A DNA stretch of 60,204 bases from a virus, in IMG/VR virus record IMGVR_UViG_3300036944_000689, positions 1-60,204 of that record; one strand, 5' to 3'. The notes below the pieces were generated by a model that was not told the DNA's origin, searched no databases, and saw only the letters and a list, made by a program, of their open reading frames with translations. The position numbers were made by a program, and so were the translations under genes. Shown here piece by piece: positions 34,441-43,612 of the stretch; the stretch's first letter is position 1; each line of letters opens with the position of its first letter.

Positions 34441-34697
34441 ACAACAGCCTCCCACTCAACGCTTTCACCCTGGCCCGCCAACGCGGCAAAGACCTCGACA
34501 TTCCCGCAGTACCCCCGCGCAAGACCAACACCAGCCGCGCCCCCATGGACGGCCCTATCCGCGCTCTTGATCGCAATGGGCGGCCAACGGTTGGACTGCC
34601 ACCTCGGGTGCTGGGGTCGATCTCGATCCAGAACCGAGAAGACGGCCGCGCCAGCCAGGACCGCAATGACGCGATCAAACGGGGGACTTCGGCATGA
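34437..34697 (+). CDS. Hypothetical protein, 86 aa
   Basis: ATGA overlap with the upstream gene. Only the tail of track ORF 33849..34697 is taken as coding. Confidence 0.45.
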   Translation: MNNSLPLNAFTLARQRGKDLDIPAVPPRKTNTSRAPMDGPIRALDRNGRPTVGLPPRVLGSISIQNREDGRASQDRNDAIKRGTSA

Positions 34698-34810
34698 ACT
34701 GGCAAGCCTACGAGGCCGCTAAGGCGTCTTGGATCAAGCGCCATCCCAACGCTACCACCGAGCAATACGAAGCGGCCATGAAGGCGCTTGCGCGGCGGTT
34801 CAAGGTTTGA
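34694..34810 (+). CDS. 38-aa hypothetical protein (MNWQAYEAAKASWIKRHPNATTEQYEAAMKALARRFKV)
   Basis: Translated by hand. ATGA overlap with the upstream gene. Confidence 0.45.
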   Translation: MNWQAYEAAKASWIKRHPNATTEQYEAAMKALARRFKV

Positions 34811-34812
34811 CT

Positions 34813-34920
34813 ATGCGCACCGCCATCAAGCGCGCCGTGATGACGGCCTATTGCTGGGGTCTGGTGCCCGCGTGGCTGGTGGCTTTTGTTTTTCGCGTGT
34901 TTCGGTTGAAGCACGTATGA
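34813..34920 (+). CDS. 35-aa membrane peptide
   Basis: ATG lies 2 nt after the upstream stop. TM segment CWGLVPAWLVAFVFRVF. Confidence 0.4.
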   Translation: MRTAIKRAVMTAYCWGLVPAWLVAFVFRVFRLKHV

Positions 34921-35005
34921 GTTTCACCCGGCTAGGTTCGCTACCGAAAAGCAGCCTCACCCACTGCCTGCCGACGTGATTTTCCGGGTTCCATGAAAGG
35001 TGAAC

Positions 35006-35308
35006 ATGACAGAACAAGAACTGGGCAACGAAATCGCGGGCATGTGGAACTACCTGCGCCAGCAGGGCGACATGGTGAGCGATGCCCACGCCAGAAAAAT
35101 CGGGATGCCTTGGGTTGCGCCATATGAGGGTGTGTGTTTCCCCGTGGAGATTGACGGTCGCTTTTCGGTTGTTTCAATCGACGCAGAGCAGGTCGCACGC
35201 TTCGCGGCGGCGCTGATGGAACTGGCGCCGGTGTCAATCACCCTTGATCAAGAAATAGACGCTGAGATGGGCGCGCACAGCGCCATCAGCAAGGCGAAGG
35301 GCGAGTAA
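35006..35308 (+). CDS. Hypothetical protein, 100 aa
   Basis: ATG after AAAGG. Its stop overlaps the next start (TAATG). Confidence 0.55.
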   Translation: MTEQELGNEIAGMWNYLRQQGDMVSDAHARKIGMPWVAPYEGVCFPVEIDGRFSVVSIDAEQVARFAAALMELAPVSITLDQEIDAEMGAHSAISKAKGE

Positions 35309-36153
35309 TGGCACGCATTCGGACCATCAAGCCAGAGTTCTTCACGAGCGAAGACATCGTGAGCCTGTCCCCGCTTGCGCGTCTCCTGTATGTGGCCCTT
35401 TGGTGCGAGGCCGACAAGGAAGGGCGCCTGGTTTGGAAGCCGCTCACGTTCAAACTGCGTTACCTGCCAGCAGACGATTGCGACATCAAGGCCCTGTGCC
35501 AAGAGATCATCGACCGCGGCCTGGTCACGCTGTACGGCGAAGGCTATGCGGTGATTCCGGCCTTCGCTGCACACCAGCACATCAACCCACGCGAGAGTGC
35601 ATCACAGCTGCCTGAGCCTGTCGCGAACGTCACGCGTAAGTCACGCGTCGGCACGCGTCAAGCACGCGTCGGCACCGGTGCAAATCTAGATGTTGACGCA
35701 CAGGGAGGAAGGGAAGGGAAGGGAAAGGAAGGGAATGATGATCCACGCGTCGATGACGCGACGGGGTTTGATGCTTTTTGGGCATGCTGGCCACAAAACG
35801 AGCGAAAGCAGGACAAGGCCAAGTGCTCGGAAAAGTGGAAGCGCGACGGGCTGGACGCTGTGGGTGGTGCCATCGTCGCAGACGTGACGGCAAAGAAGGC
35901 CTCGCAGAAATGGCGCGACGGTTTCATCGAAGCCCCCGTGGTGTACCTCAACAACCGCCGCTGGGAAGACGGCGCAGCCGGTTCGGCAACCGGACCGAAG
36001 CGCGGCAGCGACGAGTACGCCGCCCTGCACAAGGCCGCCGGCTGGTGGCGGGATGCCGGTTTCGACAGCGTGTGGAGCGCCATCGCTGCGAAGTGCTGGC
36101 ATGACACCGCCCACCAGTTCCGCGACGGCAAGCGCGTGGAGGTGGCGGCATGA
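35308..36153 (+). CDS. Putative replication initiation protein, 281 aa
   Basis: N-terminus MARIRTIKPEFFTSEDI..LSPLARLLYVALWCEADKEGRL is common in phage replication proteins. Contains iterons. Precedes the primase-helicase. Confidence 0.55.
   Translation: MARIRTIKPEFFTSEDIVSLSPLARLLYVALWCEADKEGRLVWKPLTFKLRYLPADDCDIKALCQEIIDRGLVTLYGEGYAVIPAFAAHQHINPRESASQLPEPVANVTRKSRVGTRQARVGTGANLDVDAQGGREGKGKEGNDDPRVDDATGFDAFWACWPQNERKQDKAKCSEKWKRDGLDAVGGAIVADVTAKKASQKWRDGFIEAPVVYLNNRRWEDGAAGSATGPKRGSDEYAALHKAAGWWRDAGFDSVWSAIAAKCWHDTAHQFRDGKRVEVAA
35631..35750. promoter_or_regulatory. Candidate replication origin: CACGCGT iterons plus a polypurine tract inside the initiator gene
   Basis: CACGCGT at 35631, 35642, 35652, 35663 (10-11 bp phasing) and 35744. 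GGAAGGGAAGGGAAGGGAAAGGAAGGGAA at 35706-35734. Confidence 0.5.
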
Positions 36154-37937
36154 ATGCTAAGGAATTGTCACAGCGCATGGCAGGGGATGCTGCGGCCATC
36201 GCGCAATATCTATTTCCAAACGGAAAACGATCCGCTGGCGAATGGCGTGTTGGAGGAACCAGCGGAGAGCCGGGCCAGTCGCTTGGCATACGGCTGACCG
36301 GCGCGAAGGCTGGGGTTTGGGCGGATTTCGCCTCTGGAGAAAAGGGAGATTTGCTAGACGCATGGGCGGCTGTCCGGGGTTGCTCGATTGCCGAGGCCAT
36401 CCGTGAAGCGAAGGACTATCTCGGGGTGCGCGACTCCATGCCCGAGCGCGAGAAGAAGACCTTCAAGCGCCCAGCCAAGCCCCAGTGCCAATCTGCCAAG
36501 GCTGGCGCGCTGGAATGGCTCAAAGGCCGGGGCCTGACGCCTGAAACCATCGCCGCATTCCGCATCGCGGAGCAGACACGCAACGGCAAAACCTATGCCG
36601 TGTTCCCGTACCTGCGCGACGGTGAATTGGTCAACGTCAAGTATCGAAACATCGCGGAGAAGAAGGACATGCGCCAAGAGGTCGGGGCAGAGCCTTGCCT
36701 GTTCGGCTGGCACCTGATCGACCCGAAGGCCCGGACGGTGGCAATCACCGAGGGCGAGATTGACGCAATGACGCTGCACCAGTGCGGAGTACCGGCGCTG
36801 TCCGTGAACGCCGGGGCAGGCAATCACCAGTGGATGGAAAACGACTGGGAGCGGCTGGATCGGTTCAGCGAAATCCTGATCTTCTTTGACAGCGACGAAG
36901 CCGGGAAGGCCTGGGCACAGGAGATTGTTCGCCGCCTGGGGTTGGAGCGTTGCAAGCTGGTCACGCTACCCGCCAAAGATGCAAACGACTACCTTTTGCA
37001 AGGCGCCGATGCTTCGGACTTTTGGGAGGCCACGCGCAACGCAAAGACGTTGGACCCCGAGGAACTGCGGCAGGCGAGCGACTTCATCAATAAGGTGAAG
37101 GCGATGTTTTATCCGGCGCATGACGACAACCGCGACCCGGTTCTGCGCCTTGACAAAGAGCTGGATTGGTTCGAATTCCGCTCAGGTGAATTGTCGGTCT
37201 GGACTGGATACAACGGCCACGGCAAAAGCCTGATGCTTTCCCAAGTCCTACTTGGGCTGATGGCTCAGGGTGAACGAGTGACGGTGTTCAGTGGGGAAAT
37301 GACGCCAGAGCGTCAGCTCAAGCGTGTGGTGAAGCAGGCGACCGGACTGGACCGCCCGACGATGCAATACATCGATGCAGTGGGCCAATGGGTCACGGAC
37401 AAGATGTGGTTCTTCAACGTGGTCGGCAGCGCAGGGATCGACCGTCTGCTGCAAGTGTTTCTGTATGCGAACAAGCGCTATGGAATGCGGCATTTCGTCA
37501 TCGACAGTTTGATGATGACTGACGTGCCCGAGGATGGCCCCGGATCCATGACGGCGCAGAAAGAGGCCGTGCGCAAGCTGTGCGACTTCGCCCGCCGCAA
37601 TGGTTGCCACCTTCACCTGGTAGCCCACCCACGCAAAGGCGCGGACGAAACCAAGGGGCCGGGAAAGCTCGACGTGGCCGGATCATCAAAGATCACCGAC
37701 GGCGCAGACAACGTATTCACCGTGTGGAGTGCCCGCCGGGATGAAAACGATCCCGACATTGACCCCGACAAGCCGGACGCCCGCCTGGAGCTGCAAAAGC
37801 AGCGCAACGGCGACACCCAGCACTACACGCAGCACCTGTGGTTTTGCAAATCGGCGCAGCAGTTCGCGACTACACCCCGTCGCCAGCCGATTTCATACGT
37901 CCCCTATTCGGGCGATGCGGTCTATGCACAGCAATGA
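36150..37937 (+). CDS. Bifunctional primase-helicase (Toprim plus DnaB/RecA-like ATPase), 595 aa
   Basis: Toprim ITEGEIDAMTL...FFDSDEAG. Walker A GYNGHGKS. Walker B HFVIDSLM. Confidence 0.85.
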   Translation: MNAKELSQRMAGDAAAIAQYLFPNGKRSAGEWRVGGTSGEPGQSLGIRLTGAKAGVWADFASGEKGDLLDAWAAVRGCSIAEAIREAKDYLGVRDSMPEREKKTFKRPAKPQCQSAKAGALEWLKGRGLTPETIAAFRIAEQTRNGKTYAVFPYLRDGELVNVKYRNIAEKKDMRQEVGAEPCLFGWHLIDPKARTVAITEGEIDAMTLHQCGVPALSVNAGAGNHQWMENDWERLDRFSEILIFFDSDEAGKAWAQEIVRRLGLERCKLVTLPAKDANDYLLQGADASDFWEATRNAKTLDPEELRQASDFINKVKAMFYPAHDDNRDPVLRLDKELDWFEFRSGELSVWTGYNGHGKSLMLSQVLLGLMAQGERVTVFSGEMTPERQLKRVVKQATGLDRPTMQYIDAVGQWVTDKMWFFNVVGSAGIDRLLQVFLYANKRYGMRHFVIDSLMMTDVPEDGPGSMTAQKEAVRKLCDFARRNGCHLHLVAHPRKGADETKGPGKLDVAGSSKITDGADNVFTVWSARRDENDPDIDPDKPDARLELQKQRNGDTQHYTQHLWFCKSAQQFATTPRRQPISYVPYSGDAVYAQQ

Positions 37938-38131
37938 CGGATTACGAAAAGCAGCTAGCCCATCTGATCAAGTTGGCAAGCCATCAATCAACAAAGGCCC
38001 ATTCGTGGCACAGAGCACAGGAGTTGGAGCGATGCGAAACGGGAATGTGGAACGGAATCAGCGAGGAACTACGACAGCACATGGCAAAGCGTGCCGAGTG
38101 GCAGGTGGAGCCGCAAGGAAGGAAGGGGTGA
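37934..38131 (+). CDS. Hypothetical protein, 65 aa
   Basis: ATGA overlap with the primase-helicase gene. Confidence 0.5.
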   Translation: MTDYEKQLAHLIKLASHQSTKAHSWHRAQELERCETGMWNGISEELRQHMAKRAEWQVEPQGRKG

Positions 38132-38135
38132 AGTG

Positions 38136-38450
38136 ATGCGATGCAAAGTTGGTGATTTGGCGATTCGTATTAAGGCGTTTGACGACTCCTTTGTTAAGGC
38201 TGGTTCGCTTGTGCGCTGCCTGCGGCTGAACAACTTCACGGTCATGCTGCATGGATCGCAATCCTCATTGCCGACAGAGGCGAACAACACGTGGGATGTT
38301 GAGTGGAATGGCCGGTTGGTTGACGATAACGGGTGGCGAATGGCTATCCCAGACGAGCACCTCCAGCCCATCGGAAACCCAGGCGAAGACGCCCGCGACG
38401 AAACACTTTTGTGGCTCCCAGTGCCCAGCCGCGAAGAGGTGTCGGCATGA
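38136..38450 (+). CDS. Hypothetical protein, 104 aa (lower-GC patch)
   Basis: ATG lies 4 nt after the upstream stop. Begins MRCKVGDLAIRIK. Confidence 0.5.
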   Translation: MRCKVGDLAIRIKAFDDSFVKAGSLVRCLRLNNFTVMLHGSQSSLPTEANNTWDVEWNGRLVDDNGWRMAIPDEHLQPIGNPGEDARDETLLWLPVPSREEVSA

Positions 38451-38620
38451 GCAAGGTTTGTGAATACGCTTTTGTTGCTGTTTTCAGCATCTTGTTGTTT
38501 TTCCTCTGCGGTGCGTTTTGGTACGACACGTTTCAGTCAGGGCTGATTAAAGACTGCGCACAACTAGGCCAATCTAGGCAGGGCAAGTTGCACATCAAGT
38601 GCGAGGTGGTGAAGCCATGA
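38447..38620 (+). CDS. Small membrane protein, 57 aa
   Basis: ATGA overlap. TM segment FVAVFSILLFFLCGAFWY. Confidence 0.45.
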   Translation: MSKVCEYAFVAVFSILLFFLCGAFWYDTFQSGLIKDCAQLGQSRQGKLHIKCEVVKP

Positions 38621-38814
38621 CCCACCAAGTCCACCAAGGCCAGCGCTACCAGTGCGGCCAGAACGAATACATCGCCTACGAGAACGGCACCCAGGTCGTG
38701 CAAGTGGCGAGGATTGACCATGACCTGCTTTACCCGCTGCACGCGCCAATCTTGCTGCACGCCAGCCAGTTGACGCCGCTGCCGGTGCGCCGCTACCACG
38801 GGGAGGTGCGGTGA
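38617..38814 (+). CDS. Hypothetical protein, 65 aa
   Basis: ATGA overlap at both ends. Confidence 0.45.
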   Translation: MTHQVHQGQRYQCGQNEYIAYENGTQVVQVARIDHDLLYPLHAPILLHASQLTPLPVRRYHGEVR

Positions 38815-39161
38815 TGGCTCCATTGCTTCTCACTCTGCCATGGCCGCCCAAGGAGCTGAGCCCGAACGCGCGCCAGCACTGGAGTCGTCTTTCCAAGGCC
38901 AAGAAGGCCTACCGGGCCAACTGCGCATGGACTGCGAAAGAGCAGGGCGCCCAACGCATCGAAGCCGCGCGCCTGCACTTGTCGCTGGTGTTCGTGCCGC
39001 CGAACCGCCGCGCCCATGACCTGGACAACTGCTTGGCTCGCATGAAGTCGGGGCTGGATGGCCTGGCCGATGTGCTGGGCGTGGACGACAAGAACTGGAC
39101 CCTGACCATCGCCCGCGCGGATGAGGTGGGCGGCTTTGTGCGCGTGGAGGTGACAGCGTGA
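38811..39161 (+). CDS. rusA: RusA-family Holliday junction resolvase, 116 aa
   Basis: LTLPWPPKELSPNAR.HW and HDLDNCLARMKSGLDGL match the RusA pattern. Confidence 0.85.
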   Translation: MMAPLLLTLPWPPKELSPNARQHWSRLSKAKKAYRANCAWTAKEQGAQRIEAARLHLSLVFVPPNRRAHDLDNCLARMKSGLDGLADVLGVDDKNWTLTIARADEVGGFVRVEVTA

Positions 39162-39610
39162 AAGCCGTCCTCATCCGTTCCCCCAAGGGCTTGGTGGGCA
39201 GCACGCCAGCCGACCAAGACGCTTGGGCCAAGTTCAAGCGCCGTCTCGAAACCATGAAGCCCGGCACCTGGCTGCGCATGGAGTGGAGCCGCCCGCGCAA
39301 CGGCGCCCACCACCGAAAGATGTTCGCCCTGCTGCAGCTGGTGGCAGAGAACAGCGAGACCTACAGCACGCCAGAAAAGGCGCTGGTGGCCGTGAAGCTG
39401 GCGGCCGGGTACTTCGACCCAATGCCTGACCCGCGCACGGGCGAGATCATCCCGGTGCTGCACAGCGTCAGCTATGACGCCATGGACCAAGACGCATTCG
39501 AGAAGTTCTACAGCGCCGCGCTGGATGGTGTGTTGCAAGTCATCTTGCCGACCATGCCGCGCGAGACAGCGGAGCACCTGATGGAAATGATCGTGGAGGG
39601 CTGGGCATGA
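39158..39610 (+). CDS. DUF1367-like protein, 150 aa
   Basis: RNGAHHRKMFALLQLV pattern. Lies between rusA and the ybcO-like gene. Confidence 0.55.
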   Translation: MKAVLIRSPKGLVGSTPADQDAWAKFKRRLETMKPGTWLRMEWSRPRNGAHHRKMFALLQLVAENSETYSTPEKALVAVKLAAGYFDPMPDPRTGEIIPVLHSVSYDAMDQDAFEKFYSAALDGVLQVILPTMPRETAEHLMEMIVEGWA

Positions 39611-39867
39611 AGCGCGAACCAGTCACCCACGACTACACCAGCCTGAGCTGGGGTCACAACATCACGTTCATAAGCATCAGCCCGGACGGCACGCGCGCGC
39701 GAGTGATCTGCCATGGCCACGGCGTCCGACATGGGGACTTCCTGATTCTTCCTAGCCATGGCAGCACTACGCGGTATCGCGTCGCCGCTTGGGAGCAGAA
39801 GCGACCGAGCGACTGCTGGGCCGCAGATATCGAGTTCGCGCCACGGGCGGTGGAGGTTGCTCTATGA
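39607..39867 (+). CDS. Hypothetical protein, 86 aa
   Basis: Track ORF with ATGA overlaps at both ends. Confidence 0.5.
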   Translation: MKREPVTHDYTSLSWGHNITFISISPDGTRARVICHGHGVRHGDFLILPSHGSTTRYRVAAWEQKRPSDCWAADIEFAPRAVEVAL

Positions 39868-40382
39868 AGCGCAGCGGATTCAAAACCCGCGTGCATTGCC
39901 GTGAGCCACGCGACCCAGACCGCGTTCGTGCCACGCCCACCGTGACGCCCGGAGCATTCCGCGCGCCGCAGTCGGTGGTGGCCGCGCCAGCCGCCGCCCC
40001 GAAGACTACGGCCCACCGTAACGCCCACTTGCGCGAAATGGCCCGAGGCATGCCCTGCCTGCTGCGCGTTCCCGGTGTGTGCACCCAGGACCGCGCCACG
40101 GTGGTGTGCTGCCACAGCAATTTGAGCATCCACGGCAAAGCGGGAGCCCGCAAGGCAGACGACCACTACAGCGTGTGGGGCTGCGCGGCTTGCCACCAAT
40201 GGCTGGATCAAGGGGCCGCGCCGCGCGCGCAGAAGGCCGCCGCTTTCATGTCCGCCCATCTGGCCCAGGTGCTGGAGTGGCGCGCCATCGCCTTTGACAC
40301 CAACAGCTCGCCACGCGACCGGGGCGCCGCGCTCTGGGCGCTGGGGCTGTTGAACGCAACACCTGCAGGAGCACAACCATGA
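39864..40382 (+). CDS. YbcO-like putative nuclease (DUF1364), 172 aa
   Basis: MPCLLRVPGVC....ATVVCCH.....GKAGARKADD.....GCAACHQWLD matches the YbcO pattern. Confidence 0.7.
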   Translation: MKRSGFKTRVHCREPRDPDRVRATPTVTPGAFRAPQSVVAAPAAAPKTTAHRNAHLREMARGMPCLLRVPGVCTQDRATVVCCHSNLSIHGKAGARKADDHYSVWGCAACHQWLDQGAAPRAQKAAAFMSAHLAQVLEWRAIAFDTNSSPRDRGAALWALGLLNATPAGAQP

Positions 40383-40717
40383 CAACCCGCCACTACCTTG
40401 GAGAAAACACCAAGGCGATCCTCAACACGTTGGACAAGAGCGGCCCCATGAGCCGGGACCAGGTGGTCGCCGCCACCGGTATAGAGCGCGACACGGTGGG
40501 CACATACCTGCGCCGCTGTGCATTCCGTGGGCTGGTGACAGCAGACAGAACCGTGAACCCACCGGTCTTTGCCGTCACACCTGGCTGGGAGGCATACCTT
40601 GTAACCACGCGCCCACCGGACAAGCCAAAGAAGCCCAGGCCCGAGCCCGTCACCACGGTGGCCATCGCCCGGCAGACACAACCGAACAGCGTCTTTGCTC
40701 TGGGAGCGCATCAATGA
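40379..40717 (+). CDS. Winged-helix DNA-binding protein, 112 aa
   Basis: ILNTLDKSGPMSRDQVVAATGIERDTVGTYLRRCAFRGLV is MarR-like. ATGA overlaps. Confidence 0.55.
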   Translation: MTTRHYLGENTKAILNTLDKSGPMSRDQVVAATGIERDTVGTYLRRCAFRGLVTADRTVNPPVFAVTPGWEAYLVTTRPPDKPKKPRPEPVTTVAIARQTQPNSVFALGAHQ

Positions 40718-41190
40718 CGAGAAAACACTGCAAGCGCAAGGTGTGGAGCACATCCATCAACGCCGTCACGCACGCTATCGAAGGCGCCGCGATCACGTCA
40801 GAACCCTTGCTGAACCAACTCCGCGCCCGCGAACTGGCTGCCGTGGAGGCTTTCCGAACGGGGTCCGCCACGCTGCAGGAGTGGGCTGACATCACCGGGA
40901 TGCTCAACATCTGCGAAACCATGGCGCGCGGAGGGATTGGCCCCGAAGCATTGGAGGCCTGCGAACGGGCCGAACGTGAACTGATTGCCGCAGGTCTGCG
41001 CTTTGAGAAAACACGGCGCATGGCAACCAGCGGCCCGGGGTTGCAGGCCTTCCGCGACGTTTACCAGTTCCATGATCTTAAAAGGCAATGCGTGAGCCGC
41101 GCGGAGTACGACCGCTGGATCAAGAAGACATCACTGCGGACCAAGTCAAAGGCGCCCGAGGTGCGCGACATGGCCGAGGTGGCGAGGTGA
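40714..41190 (+). CDS. Hypothetical protein, 158 aa (candidate late regulator by position only)
   Basis: Track ORF. One of the last genes of the rightward early operon before the tRNAs and late genes. Confidence 0.55.
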   Translation: MTRKHCKRKVWSTSINAVTHAIEGAAITSEPLLNQLRARELAAVEAFRTGSATLQEWADITGMLNICETMARGGIGPEALEACERAERELIAAGLRFEKTRRMATSGPGLQAFRDVYQFHDLKRQCVSRAEYDRWIKKTSLRTKSKAPEVRDMAEVAR

Positions 41191-41236
41191 GCTGCCAGGA
41201 CTGCAAGCGACTCAAAAAGCGGAGAGGAAGAACACC

Positions 41237-41695
41237 ATGAAACAGATCGATGCGGCCGTTCAGGCCGCGCACCAGTGGGTGGTAGACAGCACCGGGATCA
41301 GTCACGGAGCCCTTGCCACGGCGTGTTGGTATGCATTGGTCGCGGTCGGGGCATTGATGGTGGTAGGCGTTTCAAAGTTCGGGCTGTGGGGGGATCCAGG
41401 ATTCGTGTTTATGGCGGTCTATGCCTTCGTCCTGTTGCCGCTGGCGTTGTTTTTGGCGCAACGGCTCCCGCCAGCCATACACCATTCGCCTGTCGCGACA
41501 GCCGTTCGGCTGTTCACGCTCGCTGCACTCGCAATAGAGATTGTTAGATGGGCTTTTGACGCGAACTCGGATGGCGTCCCAGTCATCACGCTGATGGTGC
41601 CGTTGGCTGTGGCGCATCTGTATTTCTGTGCATGCGATCCGCCAAGGCCACGGAGGCGCCGGAACTCAGGCGCCGCGATTGCAGCCGCGCCGTGA
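41237..41695 (+). CDS. Integral membrane protein, 152 aa
   Basis: Four hydrophobic helices. Arg-rich C-terminus. Confidence 0.55.
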   Translation: MKQIDAAVQAAHQWVVDSTGISHGALATACWYALVAVGALMVVGVSKFGLWGDPGFVFMAVYAFVLLPLALFLAQRLPPAIHHSPVATAVRLFTLAALAIEIVRWAFDANSDGVPVITLMVPLAVAHLYFCACDPPRPRRRRNSGAAIAAAP

Positions 41696-41776
41696 TGCCA
41701 CAAAAAGGAAAGCCACCCGAAGGTGGCGATCCCGGACTTTCTGGTCCTGAGCAAATCAGATTTTACCGGGAGATTG

Positions 41777-42271
41777 ATGATGACCGACAAGAACCTCAGT
41801 GAAAAGCGCAGCAGCCGTGTGCAGGTGCTGGAAGCTGTGCACGCCTTGAACGATCAAGAGATGGAGATCAACGTGTCCGCGCTGGTCCGCCACACCGGAT
41901 TGAAGGTAGTCACGGTGAACGACTGCATCAAGGAGTTGAAGGAGCGTGGGGACATTTTTTCACCAGCCCGGGGAATCTACAAACCCAGCCTGCGACATGA
42001 GCCGAGCGAGGCCGTCAGCCTGACAGCCCTGCCAACCGGCCATGTGAAGTTGGAGAAGGGCGACACCGTGATGGAGTTCACCCCGCATGAGTGGCGGCTG
42101 CAGGTGGCGCCGTTTGCGGCTGGGGCATCCGCGCAGACGGCGGTGATTGAGGCCACGCACCACACGCTGCAGCTGCTGGAGCAGGTCCGCAAGCTCCAGC
42201 GCCAGGTGGACGGGCTGCGCACGGTCATCGCAACGAATCCGGCGCAACTGGCGCTGTTGGAGGCGGCATGA
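41777..42271 (+). CDS. Winged-helix protein with a C-terminal coiled coil, 164 aa
   Basis: VLEAVHALNDQEMEINVSALVRHTGLKVVTVNDCIKELKERGDI. Internal Met of track ORF 41723..42271. Confidence 0.55.
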   Translation: MMTDKNLSEKRSSRVQVLEAVHALNDQEMEINVSALVRHTGLKVVTVNDCIKELKERGDIFSPARGIYKPSLRHEPSEAVSLTALPTGHVKLEKGDTVMEFTPHEWRLQVAPFAAGASAQTAVIEATHHTLQLLEQVRKLQRQVDGLRTVIATNPAQLALLEAA

Positions 42272-42359
42272 GCCAAGCGCACTGGTAGAGGAAAATTGGA
42301 TGTGAACACTGCCCGGCGCGAGGGGAATTCATTGGGGCACAGCAAGCAAAGGAGTAGAC

Positions 42360-42638
42360 ATGGATTGCAAAGACCGAATGTCAAAAGAGTTAGCCAAAGC
42401 CATCCTAGATGGAACAGCTAACAGTCTGGGCTATATACAACCCACAGGAGAGCCGGGAGTTGGAATGGTTTTGTTCGATCAAATGACCATCTCTTTTGAA
42501 TCGGGGTGCGTGAGTCTCAGATTCCTAAAGGATGGCGTCGTTTTGCGAGAAGTGGAATTTGATAACCCAAAAGACACACATTCCGTGTTGGATGTTGGCT
42601 TGGTCTCTGGGCAAATCAAAACGATCTTTGGGTCTTGA
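42360..42638 (+). CDS. Hypothetical protein, 92 aa (low-GC patch)
   Basis: SD AAAGGAG. AT-richer than the flanks. Confidence 0.5.
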   Translation: MDCKDRMSKELAKAILDGTANSLGYIQPTGEPGVGMVLFDQMTISFESGCVSLRFLKDGVVLREVEFDNPKDTHSVLDVGLVSGQIKTIFGS

Positions 42639-42670
42639 TTGGACCTACCCATCACACCTGAAAGGCCGCT

Positions 42671-42895
42671 ATGCAAGATAAGACCGACTTCCGATTCAAC
42701 GAACGGGACGCCCAGCACTGGGCAAGAAAGATGTTTGCACAGAGCATGGAGCCATCCCCGCTGCTGAAGCTGATGCCCAAGCCCGCGCCACTGACCCGCA
42801 CCCAGCGCTGGCGCCGCAACATCCGCTGGAAGATAGAAGCCGCGCGCCTGCGGGTGGGGAGTTGGATCGCTGGGGTGGACCTGGACGAACGATGA
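42671..42895 (+). CDS. Hypothetical basic protein, 74 aa
   Basis: Track ORF with SD GAAAGG. Confidence 0.5.
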   Translation: MQDKTDFRFNERDAQHWARKMFAQSMEPSPLLKLMPKPAPLTRTQRWRRNIRWKIEAARLRVGSWIAGVDLDER

Positions 42896-42910
42896 AAGGA
42901 GAATGACGAC

Positions 42911-43384
42911 ATGACGCAAGACGAAGTGAACGACGAAAAAACCGAGTCTGCTGAAAATGCAAGGATTGAGCCGGTTCAAGGCGGGGTTGTGATCTGGGAT
43001 TCCATAAGCCACATGATGAACGAAACCGCAGAACAAGCCGCCCGCGACATGCTTGAACGCATGGGCATCGAAGACGCTCAGAGCATCACAACCGTGGATC
43101 TCATGGAGCTGACAAACCTCATCGCCGCGAGCAAGAAGGCAACTCCACCCCAAGAATGGGAGCCCCTGACGCCTGAGCGGCTGGAGAAGCTCAATCGATC
43201 CCGCTCAGAGGAACCCGCCACGTACTGGGTGGCAGCCAATGGCCAGCATCATGGAGAAAAGCCATATCTCGGCACTTACTCGTATTTCGACCAAGTGTTT
43301 TACTGCGACGACGAGCGAGCGATTCATGCATCTAACGTCACTCACATCATGGCCGTATACATCCCCGAGTTGCCAAAGGCTTGA
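42911..43384 (+). CDS. Hypothetical protein, 157 aa
   Basis: SD AAAGGAG. The C-terminus VTHIMAVYIPELP is faintly DUF551-like. Confidence 0.55.
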   Translation: MTQDEVNDEKTESAENARIEPVQGGVVIWDSISHMMNETAEQAARDMLERMGIEDAQSITTVDLMELTNLIAASKKATPPQEWEPLTPERLEKLNRSRSEEPATYWVAANGQHHGEKPYLGTYSYFDQVFYCDDERAIHASNVTHIMAVYIPELPKA

Positions 43385-43532
43385 CACCACCGCAGAGCGC
43401 GGCATCATGTTTTGTGCACGATAGACGGCGGCGGCGGTTTCCGGAACTACCCCTTACCGAGACAACCCAGAGCCCGGGGCGCGCGCCTTGAGTCGTAGCA
43501 CAGAATGCTGCGGCAAGGGACTCTCGAAATAT

Positions 43533-43608
43533 CGCGGTGTAGCTCAGATAGTAGAGCGCCGGGTTCATACCCCGAAAGTCGAGGATGCGAGCGCCTCCAC
43601 CGCAACCA
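43533..43608 (+). tRNA. tRNA-Met (anticodon CAT) with initiator-like features and a non-canonical T arm
   Basis: 76-nt cloverleaf folded by hand. C1-A72 mismatch. Three G-C pairs closing the anticodon stem. Loop TTCATAC. T loop TGCGAGC with A53-G61. Encoded ACCA end. Confidence 0.7.
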
Positions 43609-43612
43609 TCAA

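Noticed and set aside
33849-34697. 282-aa plus-strand ORF spanning the cro-cII gap and the cII-like gene in another frame
   Set aside because: It overlaps the HTH-bearing 34090-34440 frame and has an implausible composition. Only its last 86 codons (34437-34697, ATGA-coupled) are kept.
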